Positions 11,734 to 25,079 of a stretch of 64,000 nt of DNA are shown piece by piece. The notes below the pieces were generated by a model. That model made no database searches. It had not been told where the DNA came from and saw only the letters and a list, made by a program, of their open reading frames with translations. Within the stretch, counting starts at the first letter, position 1; every line of letters starts with the position of its first letter. The translations under genes were made by a program, and so were the position numbers. The DNA is from Octopus sinensis (lineage: Eukaryota): the NCBI RefSeq assembly GCF_006345805.1, contig NW_021824954.1, positions 485,516 through 549,515 on the forward strand. The letters run 5' to 3'.

Positions 11734-12318
11734 CAAATAATATTTCCATAATTCTCAATTTTCATGTATATTTTAATTAACAAACAACTATAATTATGAA
11801 TACCTTTTGATTGTAATAATGGAAGAAACATAAGAGGAAACAGCTGGGATTTACCCGAACTACCTATATATATATATATATATATCTGTGTGAGTGTGTA
11901 TGTATGTGCCTTTACATACTTAGTATGTATATGTATGTACTTTATGTATCTTAGTAGAAAGAAATTATAAACAGGTGTGGCAATCAAAACTTTATATGAC
12001 ATTCCCATTTTTGAGAAATATGTATATGTGTATGTGTGCGTGTGTACTACACAAATACAATTTTATACGCATCTGCACACGCTCAACCAAAGTGATAGTG
12101 ATGCTCTGGTGAGTAAATATTATTTATTGATATAAAAGTTAAAGCACTTACAATAGCGTACTGTTTTCAATGGAAAAATTTTAAAGTTTCACACACAGTC
12201 CTTTATCAGTCCTTTATCACGTTTATCACAGTCCTTTATCAGGGTGAGAGAGAAGAGGAGATTTCTTTAACGAATACAAGATACACTTCACAGCGGAGAG
12301 AGGGAGAGAGAGAGAGAG

Positions 12319-12349
<31 letters not shown>

Positions 12350-12740
12350 GAAGACTTCCATTTTCTCTCCCTTCGATAAAGGATTTGCATTGGAAACAGT
12401 GAGATTTATTTTTCGTTCTTAACGGCAAACCAGATGAAATGAATTTACTATTAAACATATGTATACATTCTTTTGGTCGTCTCTAGTCGGTTTCAGTTAT
12501 TGCACTGCTGGACAACAGTCAGCAGGGGTTGAAACCCAAGAGATAGTCTCAACTCCAGTGCGCATTGCAATTGAATATTTTGTCGAACCAGTAATATTAC
12601 GGGTCTTGATGGAACATAACAAACAAAATACCGATGCAGTAAAACACGGAAACACACAAACACAAGAGCGTGCACACACACGCACGTGCACGCATACACG
12701 CGGGTACACACACACACATATCACACACACGCACACACAT

Positions 12741-12904
12741 AGGTGTAGGAGTGGGTGTGTGGTAAGTAGCTTGCTTACGAACCACATGGTTCCGGGTTCA
12801 GTCCCACTGCGTGGCACCTTGGGCAAGTGTCTTTTACTATAGCCTCGGGTCGACCAAAGCCTTGTGAGTGGATTCAGTAGACGGAAACTGAAAGAAGCCC
12901 GTCA
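12741..12904 (+). mobile_element. tRNA-derived SINE family 1, 5' half
   Basis: A-box-like gtgtggtaag and B-box-like ggttcagtccc, then ccttgggcaagtgtc...gaaagaagcccgtc, ending in the element's internal TA tract. Confidence 0.85.
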
Positions 12905-13125
12905 TATATATGTATATATTTCCTAGCTAGCCTATCCTCGTATATACCTTACAATTTCACTTTGCTATATATATATATATATATATCCTTAAATCCTTAA
13001 AAATGTTTTATCCCGAAGGCCGCGGCCATGCTATTTTATTTTTTATTTATGATTTGGTTTATGTCTATCATTGTTTGAATTGCATAATAGTGGTTTTTTC
13101 TTTAATCTATATAAATATATATATA

Positions 13126-16100
13126 GGGACGAAAAAAAAACGAAATGGACTTGGACCGGAAATGAACAATGAGAAAGGAAACGGTATAGGAATGGTAGAT
13201 GAGGAGTTAAGCTACTGCGGAAAGGTGTTTGCTAGTTGCATCGGGCTGAGAATCCACCAAGAGAAGGTGTGTCAGAAGAAAGTAATACAACAACGCGAAA
13301 ATAACCCCCTGGAAAATAACCATAGCGAGGTTCATTCCACAGTTGAATTGGAACAGTCAAAAAGACTGATAGGCGTGAAGAAGACAAAGGTTAAGTGGCC
13401 GAAAGCAAATGACGCAGCGAGTTATAAAAAATTTGACGACGAGGTAGCAAGAATGACCACCAAATTCAAAGGCGACGACGAACAAAAACTCGAAAACCTG
13501 GCTAATACAATCTACCAGGAAGGAGAGAAAAGATTTGGACTGGAAACAACGGGGAAGGTAGAATCAACGGCAAAGAGCGGACCATCGAGGAGAGAAAGAC
13601 GGGTCGCAAAGATTCGAGAAGAGAAAGACGGATCGCAAAGATTCGAGAAGAGAAGAAAAAACTCAGAACCAGATGGAGGGATGCAAAGAAGAGGAAAGAG
13701 AAGGGCTAAAGCAGCTATATGAAGAGATAAAAAAGAGGCATCGAGATCTGCTAAGAAAGCAAAGAAGGAAGAGCAGAAGAAAGGAGAGAGAAAAAACTAT
13801 CGTAGCTTTGTGAACAATCCCTATCAATATGCGAAACATTTATTTACTGAAAGTAAAAGCGGAAAATTGGATTGCACGAAAGAAGAGCTCGAACAACAAC
13901 TGAAAGAGACATTCAGCGACTCTGACAGAAATGAAGTACTCCCAGAAATGCACGGACTGAAGAAACCATTTGAACCAAGAATACCATTTGATTTGAGTGA
14001 CATCAAACGGAAAGAAATGGATGAGTTCATAAGAAAAGCAAGAGCAAAAAGTTCAACAGGGAACGATGGAGTGAGCTACAAGGTATATAAATATTGCCCG
14101 AAATTACGTTTGAAGCTGTTTGCACTGATAAGAGAAATGTGGAAGAAGAAAGATGTAGCGGAGCGATGGTGTATAGCTGAAGGTATCTATCTACCTAAAG
14201 AAAAAGAGGCAAAAACACTAGGGCAATTTAGACCAATTTCATTGTTAAAAACTGACGGGAAAATCATGTTTGGAATAACCGCTAGACGAATGATAAGATT
14301 CGTACAGCATAACGGCTACGTTAATGAAGCAATCCAAAAAGCAGGAATCCCCGCAATCCCTGGGTGCATAGAACACGCATTTGCTATCTGAGAAGCCATC
14401 ACCTGTGCAAAACAAATGAAGAAAAGCCTGTATATTGTTTGGCTAGATCTTGCCAATGCTAATGGATCTGTTCCGCACGCAATAATAAAAACAGCGATGG
14501 ACTTCTTTTGGATTCCAAAAGATGTTCAACGAATGCTCATGTCGTACTACGACAACCTGGGGATGAGATTTACAGCAGGAAAGTTCACAACGGAGTGGCA
14601 ACGGCTTGAAATAGGTATTGCAGCTGGATGTGCAATATCAGTCATCTTATTCGTGCTAGTCATGGAAATGTTACTTAGATCTACAAACTGTGAGAAAGCT
14701 GTTACAAAGACACCATTAAGGCCTTTTATGGACGACGTAACTATATTATCGGATAGTAGAGAAGCAGCAGAGGGAACTTTAGAGCGGTTGAATGAACTGA
14801 TAGGATGGGCAAGGATGAAATTCAAAGCCAAAAAATCTCGAAACGTGGCTTTCGTGAAAGGAAGGCAAGAAGAAGTGAAATTCAGGATAGGAGGTGAAGA
14901 CATACCAACGGTGAAAGAACAATCAGTAAAGAGTCTCGGCAGATGGTATAGAGATTTATTAAATGATAAGAAGCAAGTTAACACACGAGTTAGTAGAACA
15001 AGGATTAAAGGCAATTGACAGAACAACGCTTCAGGGAAAATTCAAATGTTGGATACTGCAATTTGGGCTGTACCCAAGAATAATGTGGCCATTGCAAATG
15101 TACGAAATAGCCTCGAGTAGAGTAGAAAGGATGGAACAAAGATGCAGTGTGTTTGTCAGAAAATGGCTTGATCTGCCGAAACCACTGAATACAACTGCAC
15201 TATATGGAAAACCCGTGCTGCAACTACCAATAACATCAATCGCCGAAGAATATAAGGCAGGAAAGGCAAGGACAGTAATGATGCTAAGGTATTCAAAAGA
15301 TCAGAGCATCCGGGAAAACCCTCCAAAGGTACGACAGGGAGGAAATGGAAGGTGGAAGAGGCAGTAAACAGGGCACGCAGATATAGTCGGAGCGACGCAA
15401 GAAGCAAGAACTAGCCTAGGGTCGCAAAATTTCAGGCCATTTTGCAGGAGCAGTATAAAAGAGATGAAAGAGGCAGTGGTATACAAAGTGAGAAAGGAGG
15501 AAGAAGAAAGGTGAAATGTACATTTGGTGCAATGCAGTCAACAGGGACAGTGCCTGAGATGGGAGGAATATGTGATCAGCCGCAGAATAGGAACTTTGGG
15601 CTTGGGAACAAGCAAGAACATCCTTCCTGATCAAGTCTACATTCGATGTTCTACCCTCACCGGCGAACTTAGTCCGGTGGAACATAAAAACAACCGATGA
15701 GTGTAGATGGAGAGAAAGCGACGGTTAGACATGTTCTGTCAAATTGCAGACTAGCACTAGAAAGATATACATGGCGGCATAATCAAGTCCTCGCGTCATA
15801 AGCGCAGCACTCAAGAAGATCGAGAGGTACAATAGGGGAGAGTACCCAAAAGTAGAAAAGCGCATGAAAGTATACTTCCACAAGGAGGGAAGAGGTTATA
15901 AAACCAGGCCTACAAGTAAAGTATACGAGGTAGACGAAAGATGGAAGGGATACTGGGAGGTGGCCACGGACTTGGAAAGACAAGTAATATTTCCACTAAT
16001 AAAAATAACAAAAAGACCGGATTTAGTCCTATGGAACAGAGACCGGAGAATAGGAATTTTACTAGAACTGACAGTACCTTGGGAAGAGAACATCGGCAAT

Positions 16101-16812
16101 GCAGAGGAACGAAAGGAGAAGAGGTAGGAAAAGCTAATCGAAGAATGCAGAGAACAGGGATGGAATGTCGAATATTATCACCTGGCAGTGGGGGCTAGAG
16201 GCTTCATTGAAAGGAAAATGACAACGCTTTTCAAAAGAAGATTTGTTTTTTCTAGCTCCGATCTGCGAAAACTAATAAACAGGAGGCGGTCGAAAAAGCC
16301 AGCTTCTATATATGGCTGAAGCGGGAAGACCGAAAATGGCTTGAAAGTCATAACATGCCGGCGGGAAATAACATCACTAGGTGAGACAAGCTGACACTGA
16401 ATCAGTTTCGCTGACTGACAGGTGACGGTCGTTTAGAGAATGTGCGGGCTAAGACTACGCGCCTTCACTAGTCAGTTAAGGTGAGACAGTGTCACGTGAC
16501 AACTTGCTGGGGCTGCCTGCTGGAGCCTAGCGGCAGGTATTTAAAGGGAAAAATTTGACAAGTCAGTCAGTCACCGGCTGACACTTGCTGATGATACATC
16601 GAAGAGGCCAGGGAACAGAAGAAAGAAGAAGAAAGAAGACATGCACCCAACACCAGAGCTGAAGACACCTTCGAAAGGGGGGCCCTGCCACGTCAAAACG
16701 GTAGAGGAGTAGGGGTCGAAACCGGAGGTGGTTCCTCCTGATGATGTCTTGAGCTAACTGGATCCTATAAAGGGGCTGTTGTGGTAGCAGACCACGAAAC
16801 ACGGTTGTAATT

Positions 16813-16815
<3 letters not shown>
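13126..16815 (+). mobile_element. RLE-type non-LTR retrotransposon (Hero-like), near full length, decayed
   Basis: N-terminal zinc finger YCGKVFASCIGLRIHQEKVC; RT motifs FRPISLL, QKAGIPAIPGCIEH, VWLDLANA, GIAAGCAISVILF, FMDD; C-terminal HVLSNC..RYTWRHNQVL and the PD-(D/E)xK nuclease RPDLVLW..LELTVPWE; ~470-bp 3' UTR; TA runs on both sides. It carries a TGG>TGA-type stop near 14389 and several frameshifts. The Hero clade call is by motif recognition only. Confidence 0.85.
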
Positions 16816-16850
<35 letters not shown>

Positions 16851-16853
<3 letters not shown>

Positions 16854-17206
16854 TCTTTTACTCTTTTATTTGATTCAGTCATTTGACTGCGGCCATGCTA
16901 GTACTTATTCTATAAGCCTAGTACTTTTTCTATCGGTCTCTTTTGCCGAACAGCGAAGTTACGGGGACGTAAACAAACCACCATCCGTTGTCAAGCGATG
17001 TTGGGGGGACAAACACAGACACACAAACACACACACGCACATATATATATATACATATATACGACGAGCTTCTTTCGGTTTTCGTTTACCAAATCTACTC
17101 ATGAGGCTTTGGTCGGCCCGAGGCTATAGTAGAAAACACTTGCCCAAGGTGCCACGCAGTAGGACTGAACCCGGAACCATGTGGTTGGTATGCAAGCTAC
17201 TTACCA
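16851..17206 (-). mobile_element. SINE family 1, near full length
   Basis: tRNA-like head, internal (TA)/(CA) tract, tail hairpin cagtc..gactg and gtaaaaga repeats. Confidence 0.85.
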
Positions 17207-18089
17207 TATATATCACTCACACACGCACACAGTCTCACGCATACGTATACGTACATACATAGATGCATACATATGATAATCGATCTGTCTGTTTGCGTGT
17301 TTCTCCCAGTCTCTCTCTCTCTCCTCTTTCTCTCCTCTCCCCCTCCCCACGCATATATAAATATATTCATTCATACGCATGTATGCGTGTTTATTTGTGT
17401 TTATATGATATACTAGTTGGTGAAACCACAATACTAAAGGTGAGTTAGATGTAAATGAGAAAGGGAGAGAGAGAGATGGGGTGGGGGAAAGGGAGGGAGA
17501 GAGAGAAAGATAGTCTGATAGAAAGAAAAAAGATAAAAACAGAAAGTGAGAAAGAAATGGAGTGAGAGAGAGGGAGGGAGAGGGAGAGGGAGAGAGCGTG
17601 TTAGAGAGGAGGAGGTTGTGAAAGAGAATTGAAGGTCAACGATTTCAGGTGAGAACAGGTATGACGCAGTAATTAGAAAGGGAAAGAACACTGAAAGGAA
17701 ATTGGAATTGTGTGTTTGTATGTGTGTGTGTGCTATAATGAGAGACAAAGAAAAAGAGTGAAATCTGGGAGAGAGGGGAAGAGAGAGCGAAAGTGAGGGA
17801 GAGGGAGAGAGAGGAAGAGAGAGCGAAAGTGAGGGAGAGGGAGAGAGGTAGAGCGAAAGAGTGAATGGGGGATAAGATGTGATGGCTAGGGATATAGTAC
17901 AGTGGTGTATGTGGAGAGAGACAGAGAAAGAATAGAGCCATAGAAGGATTGGGGGAGAGAGAAAGGGAGAAGGGGGATTGGGAAAGAGTAAGAGAGGTGT
18001 TTGGAGAGAGAGAGAGAGTGTGTGTGTGTGTGTGTGTGAAAGAGTCATGATTGGAAAACGCTACGTGATGACGTCTACTGAAGCAGAAA

Positions 18090-18314
18090 CGCTGGCAGAA
18101 ATGTTAGCACGTCGGGCGAAATGCCTAGCGGTATTTCGTCTGCTGTTACGTTCTGAGTTCAAATTCCGCCGAGGTCGACTTTGCTTTTCATCCTTTCGGG
18201 GTCGATTAAATGAGTACCAGTTAATCACTGGGGTCGATGTAATCGACTTAATCCCCTTGTCTATACTTGTTTGTCCCCTCTATAATTAGTCCCCTGTGGG
18301 TAATAAAGAAATAA
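18090..18314 (+). mobile_element. tRNA-derived SINE family 2 with a Nin/Deu-like central domain
   Basis: Head tggcagaa...gagttcaaattcc; central ttcatcctttcggggtcgattaaatgagtacc resembles the conserved Nin/DeuSINE domain; tail gtcccctctataattagtcccctgtgggtaataaagaaataa. Confidence 0.75.
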
Positions 18315-18967
18315 ATGTGTCCTGAGTTGTTGTTTTGTCTACAGAAGAATGAAAAATACCGTCTTTTCATTAAAAGCCTGCCAACTTCGGAGAAATTTTT
18401 ATTCTTAAGATTATTCCTCGTTCTTATTCACATTTGGTTGCAACTGCTGCCAGTCGTTTGTTTTACCTTTTTTTGGAAACAAACATAATTTCAATAAATC
18501 AAAAATTTAATACATTATTTAATAAAGCTTTAATAGTCTTTGTTCACGCCACTAATCACTCTCAGTTATTTCTCTTGGAAGAATAGTGATATCTAAGTAG
18601 AGATAAAGGAGATAGAAGTTAGAGATTAGTGTAGACAGCTTTCGAATGTCGTATAGTCTCTCTCAGAAGAGCACTTGTTAAAACAACAACAGCAAAATTA
18701 AATAACCTAGTACTGAAAAGTGAAGAGCACAATATTCTACGTTCTACGTTCGGTAGCGAGCCTCCCAGGAAGCACCCTCTTCTGATGAGCTACCATACAA
18801 CCCCAAAAGAGCCGGACTCAAAGATGAACTGGAGGTGAAACACTCAGCGTACCAAAAGAATGCATGAGTGTTCCCTGAAAACTTAAAGAAGACAGTAATA
18901 TTGGTTTCAAATTTTGGCCAAGGCCAGCAATTTTGGGGAGGAGTAACTCCATGAACCCTAGTGCGCA

Positions 18968-19086
18968 ACTGGTACTTATTTTATCGACCCCGAATAGATG
19001 AAAAGCATAATCGACTTTGGGGGTATTTGAACTCAGAATGTAAAGACGGATGAAATGCTGCTAGGCATTTTGCCCGGTATGCTAAC
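18968..19086 (-). mobile_element. SINE family 2, 3'-truncated copy
   Basis: Reverse complement matches the head and central domain of 18090-18225. Confidence 0.75.
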
Positions 19087-19156
19087 GTTTCTGCCAGCTC
19101 ACCGCCTTAAAGAAGACAGTAACATCGATACGAAATGAAGCTTCTTGTAACCATTA

Positions 19157-19375
19157 CACTTCGAAGGCTATGTATTTGCAATCCAAGAAAAGGAGATTGC
19201 TACTAGATACCTAATAAACAAAATAGACAGTTCCAAAATGCAACCGAAAATGTAGTTTATGTCATATTTCTGTGGAAGACATCACACTTAGGATTAACAG
19301 CTGCCCCAAAATGTCATCAAGGTAATACCTGCCTATGCGACAAGACGCTATCACAAAAACAATATGCAATGCTTG
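19157..19375 (+). pseudogene. Fragment of an R4/Dong-like RLE retrotransposon C-terminal region
   Basis: Translation across one frameshift gives HFEGYVFAIQEKEIATRYLINK / CNRKCSLCHISVEDITLRINSCPKMSSR*YLPMRQDAITK, a decayed CCHC region. Confidence 0.6.
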
Positions 19376-19499
19376 CATATAATGGTATTGATTACCTCGA
19401 GCTCCGCTGTTAGTTCGACGCTATGTGTTTACCATAACTAGAAACAGTCGTCCTGGCGACTGAGGACAAATCTTCTCCACAAAATCAGCATGGTTTCTT

Positions 19500-19875
19500 T
19501 TTTCCGAGGTCTGAATGATCTGAAAATCTACAACTCATTTAACCGCATATTATTACCATTTTACTTGTATGAACACGGAATGATGCATCATTCATTATGT
19601 GGTTTCCCAGGTTGTGCACTGACTGAATCCAGGTTGAAAAATCTCTTGGCCATGTTTATTCTAATTGCAATCTATTCATGGGCTGATAGTGGAGCGCTTG
19701 AAAATGTTCAGCATTGAACAGTGCGTTCTTTTCTTCAAACCCATTTGTAATATTACACTCAGGTCTTACTTGCACTTTTGTGATATCCTGTAGTGGCTGA
19801 CTGTATGATTAAGGGTATGTCCGAGAGGACCACTGCAAACAATAACAGTCTGAATACAGCTCCTTGAGGTACTAC
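19500..19875 (-). pseudogene. Highly decayed CR1/L2-like RT fragment
   Basis: The minus strand gives PQGAVFRLLLFAVVLSDIP (cf. PQGxVLGPLLF..D) followed by remnants resembling Y.W...N...FN.E.F. Confidence 0.45.
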
Positions 19876-19949
19876 ACTAAGAACTGATGTCTCTTCAGAG
19901 ACATAAATTCGATGTAACTGTCTGACTCCTACTTTTTAAAAAGTCATAT

Positions 19950-20120
<171 letters not shown>

Positions 20121-20718
20121 TATACATGTATGTATAAAGTATACAATATAGCTCTCTGTAATCGATATGTGCCCACATACATTCAGAAGTCTGAAGTAAA
20201 AGTCGATTGGCTATTTAATATCTATTGATCTGTTTAGATGCAATTGAATGAGATCATATATGACTATATTATTACGCATAATGGAGGTGTACATGTGTGT
20301 ATATATGCGTTGATGTTTGCGTAAGTGTGCGTAACCATGAAACCAACAAAGGTACCATGGATCGAACTACTGAAAACAGTAGTTCACTCTTCCCTTAAAT
20401 CATATATTACGATCTGAACAAGGTCTACATTATATCATCTTCTTAACAAAGGCTACGTTTTCTTATGAGTCACATTATCCAATGTAGAGTATATCAGATA
20501 ATGAGGCCTTAAACGCTCCTAAAACAATAGAGATGGTACTCATCTGATCATCGTTCTCCCAAACGGGTTTGAGCTTACGTTAAACAATAAGAATGTAAAT
20601 GCTATAAAATTTAAACACGCGTGAAACACATTTTCATACTTGTGTTTGCGCGTACACCTATATATGATGTATGCATGCTTTAGAAGTTGAATTGCGTAAA
20701 CCTATATAACCTACTATT

Positions 20719-21112
20719 TACTCTTTACTCTTTTACTTGTTCAGTCATTTGACTGCGGCCATGCTGGAGCACCGCCTTTAGTCGAGCAAATCGACTCCAA
20801 GACTTATTCTTTGTAAGCCTAGTACTTTTTCTATCGGTCTCTTTTGCCGAACCGCTAACTACGGGGACGTAAACATGCCAGCATCGGTTGTCAAGCGATG
20901 TTGAGGGGACAAACACAGACACACAAACACCCACACACATATATATACATATACATATATACGACGGGCTTCTTTCAGTTTCCATCTACCAAATCCACCC
21001 ACAAGGCTTTGGTCAGCCCGAGGCTATAGTAGAAGACACCTGCCCAAGGGACTGAACCCGGAAACATGTGGCTGGTAAGCAAGCTACTTACCACACAGCC
21101 ACTCCTGCGCCT
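20719..21112 (-). mobile_element. SINE family 1, full length
   Basis: Complete head, body, microsatellite and tail, matching 16851-17206 and 52051-52459. Confidence 0.88.
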
Positions 21113-21667
21113 ATATAAACATTAATGAATACATAACGACAGATACAGAAACAGGTACACAAGTGCATGCGCACACACAAACACACACACACACACATAC
21201 ACACACACACACTCACACATATAGATACACACATAAACACACACACACACACTCACACACATAGATACACACATAAACACGTGCTTACATTAGACGAAGA
21301 CAGCTCAGTAATGACAGCTTGTTTATGTCATTACTCAGCAACATTTACCATAGCAAAATACATACGTACATACATACATATTTAACTGTGGTAGTCGTAT
21401 AACTGTCGGTGTGTGAAACATTGGTTCAGTTGTACTTGACCTCTCATCATACTTGCCTGACTCATACAGTCAACAAACAGTGAGCAGCCGTATATAAAAT
21501 CCAGTCGAAGTAGCGCCATGTTTCATATTACTAACCCAATACCTCAAACGTGACAATATGGTGATTGCGGGCCATGCTTCATCCAAATATATATTTGTTT
21601 GTATTGTGTTTTTCTGCTGTTTTGTAATATATTTTTCCTTCCTTAAACCCTTCTGTCTGTCTCTCTC

Positions 21668-21730
<63 letters not shown>

Positions 21731-22787
21731 ATCTATCTATCTTTACACACAGATATACAATATATATTTATCTTATAACATTTTTGTCTGGAAAGAAAAG
21801 AAAGCATTTATAGCACTCACAAAATCTTTAAACAAAGTGACGTGGTGTTGTTGCTTAACCTATGGTCTCCTCTGATCGATAATCAAAAACATTCTAGTTA
21901 TGACTGTCCCGTCATTTTACTTGGCACATTTCACTGTGGTTACATTATCCAGTGTGCTCTTTTCCAAGGACTCAGGGTGCGATTTGAAGGAACTTTGCTG
22001 TTATTTCAACTGTGCCGTGCCGCAGCGTAGGAGCTCTATCATTGGTTTGTACGCTGACAATAAGCTTGAACCTGTGATCAATGATGATGTCTGTAGCGAA
22101 AACGAATCAAAACAACTTCAATCGATCTGTTAGAACAAGTAGTCAAATCTTCATGTCCCTCAAATTTTTCTTAAAATGTGGGCACATTTAATAGTGCTGT
22201 TCAGGGTACTCTGCGTCTGAAAAAAGTCGAATTGGTCACAAGTGGATTGCCTTTGATTATAAGTCTGCTCGATCAACGTCGACTTTGGCCTAGCTCACAC
22301 CAACGATGAGAACTTCGACGACGATGTCGGTGGCAATAACAAAAACAACATTGTGGCCAAGAATGAGAAATGCAAAGACAAGGAAGAAGTTGTAGACTTT
22401 GGGTTGAGTAGTGGTTCAACAGGAGGTACAAAGATTTTAATAGCCGGTTCACTGACCCTTAAACGTCGCACGTTAGAATCGATGGGGTCAGTGAGATCGA
22501 GACAGCCACCAGCAGACCGAAATCTTTCTCACGTTAAGGAGTCGGGCAACATGTCTGTGTTTTGTCAAGGCTACCGGTGCTTTTCTTGTTCCATCCAAGG
22601 AAAACTTGGATACGGACGCTGTGAACATTTTAAGTGTGATTTCCTTGATTAGGAGAAGCAGGATGTATGGTTTCAGATGTGCCATTTTTGAAATAAGGGA
22701 CTTAGTAAAAGTTGAAGATCAAATTGAACGAGATTCATACACGCATACACACATGCATACATACGTATATACGTGCGTACGTACGAA

Positions 22788-23325
22788 GTATGTATGTATG
22801 TATGTATGTATGTATGTATGTATGTATGTATGTATGTATGTATGTATGTATGTATGCATGTATGTATGCATGTATGCATGTATGCATGTATGTATGTATG
22901 CATGTATGTATGTATGTATGTATGTATGTATGTATGCAGTATGTATGTATGTATGTATGTATGTAGTATGTATGTATGTATGTATGTATGTATGTATGTA
23001 TGCATGTATGTATGCATGTATGTATATATGTATGTATGTATGCATGTATGTATGTATGTAGTATGTATGTATGTATGTATGTATGTATGCATGTAGTATG
23101 TATGTATGTATGATGTATGTATGTATGTATGTATGTATGTAGGTATGTATGTATGTATGTATGTATGTATGTATGTATGCATGTATGTATGCATGTATGC
23201 ATGTATGCATGTATGTATATATGTATGTATGTATGCATGTATGTATGTATGTATGTATGTATGTATGTATGCATGTATGTATGTATGTATGTATGTATGT
23301 ATGTATGTATGTATGTATGTATGTA
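22788..23325. repeat. ~540-bp compound (TATG)n/(CATG) microsatellite
   Basis: Direct reading; it accounts for the many MYVC/HTYI ORFs in the track. Confidence 0.97.
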
Positions 23326-24536
23326 TCAGGCTGAATAAAAAGTAAGCAACGCTTTGAAACATGAAATCCACTACAATATATTTCAACAATGCGGAAATTT
23401 CATTCATCAAAGTAAGTTCCATTACAATCAACACATTTTTGCCAATGAGTTACAAGTTTGTTTATTCCGAGAACAGAAAAATCTGAAATTCTGGAGCTGA
23501 TTTTTGAACTCCTCTCGCAGGAAACCATCAAGGTGCTTGAAAAGTGGTAGTCGGCAAGAGAAACCTCTGGGGAATAAGGTGGGTGGGGAAGAACATCGTA
23601 GCTAAGTTCCCTCAACTTCTGGAGTGTCATTAGTGAGATGTGTGGTCGAGCATTGTCATGAAGAATGGCTGGCCCTCTTCTGTTAACCAGTCTGGGACGG
23701 AGGAGTAGCAGTTTTTCGTTCATTTTGGAAATTTCATGGCAGCATGTTTCTGCAGTAATGGTTTTTCCGGGTTTAAGAAGTTATAGTCGATGTGTCCAGC
23801 AGTACAGTCACCATAACCTTTTTTGTGAAGAGCTCGGATTTAGGGAAGGTTTTCGGTGCTTCATTTTGGTCCACCCACTGCGAAGAAGGTTTTTTTTTTT
23901 ATTGGATAGAATCCACTTCTCATCGCAAATTACAATACGGCCGAGAAATGGATCGGTCTGATAATGGAGAAGTAGCGACGAACAAACTTCATATCTGCGC
24001 ATTTTCTGATTTTCATTCAAATCGTGTAGTACCAACTTGTCGAGCTGTTTTGATTTTCACATGCAAATGGTTTCAGGCAGTTTTCTGGTTAACGTTTGTC
24101 AGTTCTTTTGCCAGTTATCGAGTGGTTTTACGTAGATCTTTCTCAATAACGGTCTTTAATTGACCTTCATCGATGATAGATGGGTGTCCACTACGCTCAC
24201 GATCTTCAAAACTCAGGTCTCCACTGCGAAATTGTTGAAACCATTTTCGAGCTGACCAATCACTGGTCATTTCTCCACCTTCAGCTGCTTTACGTCCTTT
24301 TTTGAAATTGAATAGCGAAATTGCTCGAATATCGCGCTTTGACAGTTTCATTTCAGATGCTTTTAACATCGGTGAAAAAATATCAGTGTTAATTTATTGA
24401 TGCATTTGGGTAAGTCTTTGTCTGTATTATCAGTCAACTGCAAAAAAAAAAAATGTTTAAAAAATTCAAATCACTGCAAAAATCCGGTACAAATTCTTCA
24501 TGGTTCAAAACGTTACTTACTTTTTACTCAACCTGA
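23326..24536 (-). mobile_element. Mariner (Tc1/mariner) transposon relic with both TIRs and TA TSD
   Basis: TA|TCAGGCTGAATAAAAAGTAAGCAACG at the left and CGTTACTTACTTTTTACTCAACCTGA|TA at the right. Transposase pieces: HTH region (24115-24369), WVLHDL...IVICDEKW (23808-24035), HDNARPH...HPPYSPEVSLADYHF (23400-23723). Confidence 0.92.
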
Positions 24537-25036
24537 TATAGATATTATCCGAAATATATACATTATATATTCATCACGGGTGATCTTTCCAATCTGCTTC
24601 GCGCAAGGAATACAATGAAGTGTCAGGCAACAATCCGATTATATAACCTTACGCTCATCAGAGTTAGACGATATGGAGAGGAATATTGCAACTGCTCTTT
24701 ATTGTTGGAGGTGGATTAAACACAACTGGCCAGTGGCTGCTTTGAAAACAGTGGTGAAACGAAAAAGGGCCAGGGGATTAGGTTAGGAGTTATACCTGTT
24801 GGTTGGGCATACTGTGAGGCCGGTAAGAGTTATTTTTAAGCCTTTTGGGGGAAGTGTGCATTATTAAATGTGACGCAGGCGTGGCTGTGTGGTAAGAAGC
24901 TTGATTCTCAACCACATGATTCCGGGCTCAGTCCCACGCAGTGGGATGAGTGACTTCTACTATTGCCTCGGGTCGACCCGAGCTTTGTGAGTGGATTTGG
25001 CAGATAGAAGCTGAAAGAAGCCCGTCGCATATATAT

Positions 25037-25077
<41 letters not shown>

Positions 25078-25079
<2 letters not shown>

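Noticed and set aside
12741-12810. tRNA-like A and B boxes (also in other SINE heads and near 57010-57050)
   Set aside because: No cloverleaf or acceptor stem; they continue into SINE body sequence, so they are not tRNA genes.
18775-18860. CUGAUGA...GAAAC hammerhead-like spacing on the + strand
   Set aside because: Stems I and II cannot be paired convincingly.
21850-22700. Unique-looking sequence with short ORFs as possible host exons (also 18330-18480 and 50690-51050)
   Set aside because: No recognisable domain, stops in the likely frames, and no consistent splice pairs; cannot be supported without RNA data.
22606-23434. Long ORFs such as MYVCMYVC and HTYIHTYI (also at 25.3-26, 45.4-45.8, 47.4-47.9, 53.4-54.3 and 58.8-59.4 kb)
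   Set aside because: They are translations of microsatellites that lack stop codons; no coding signal.
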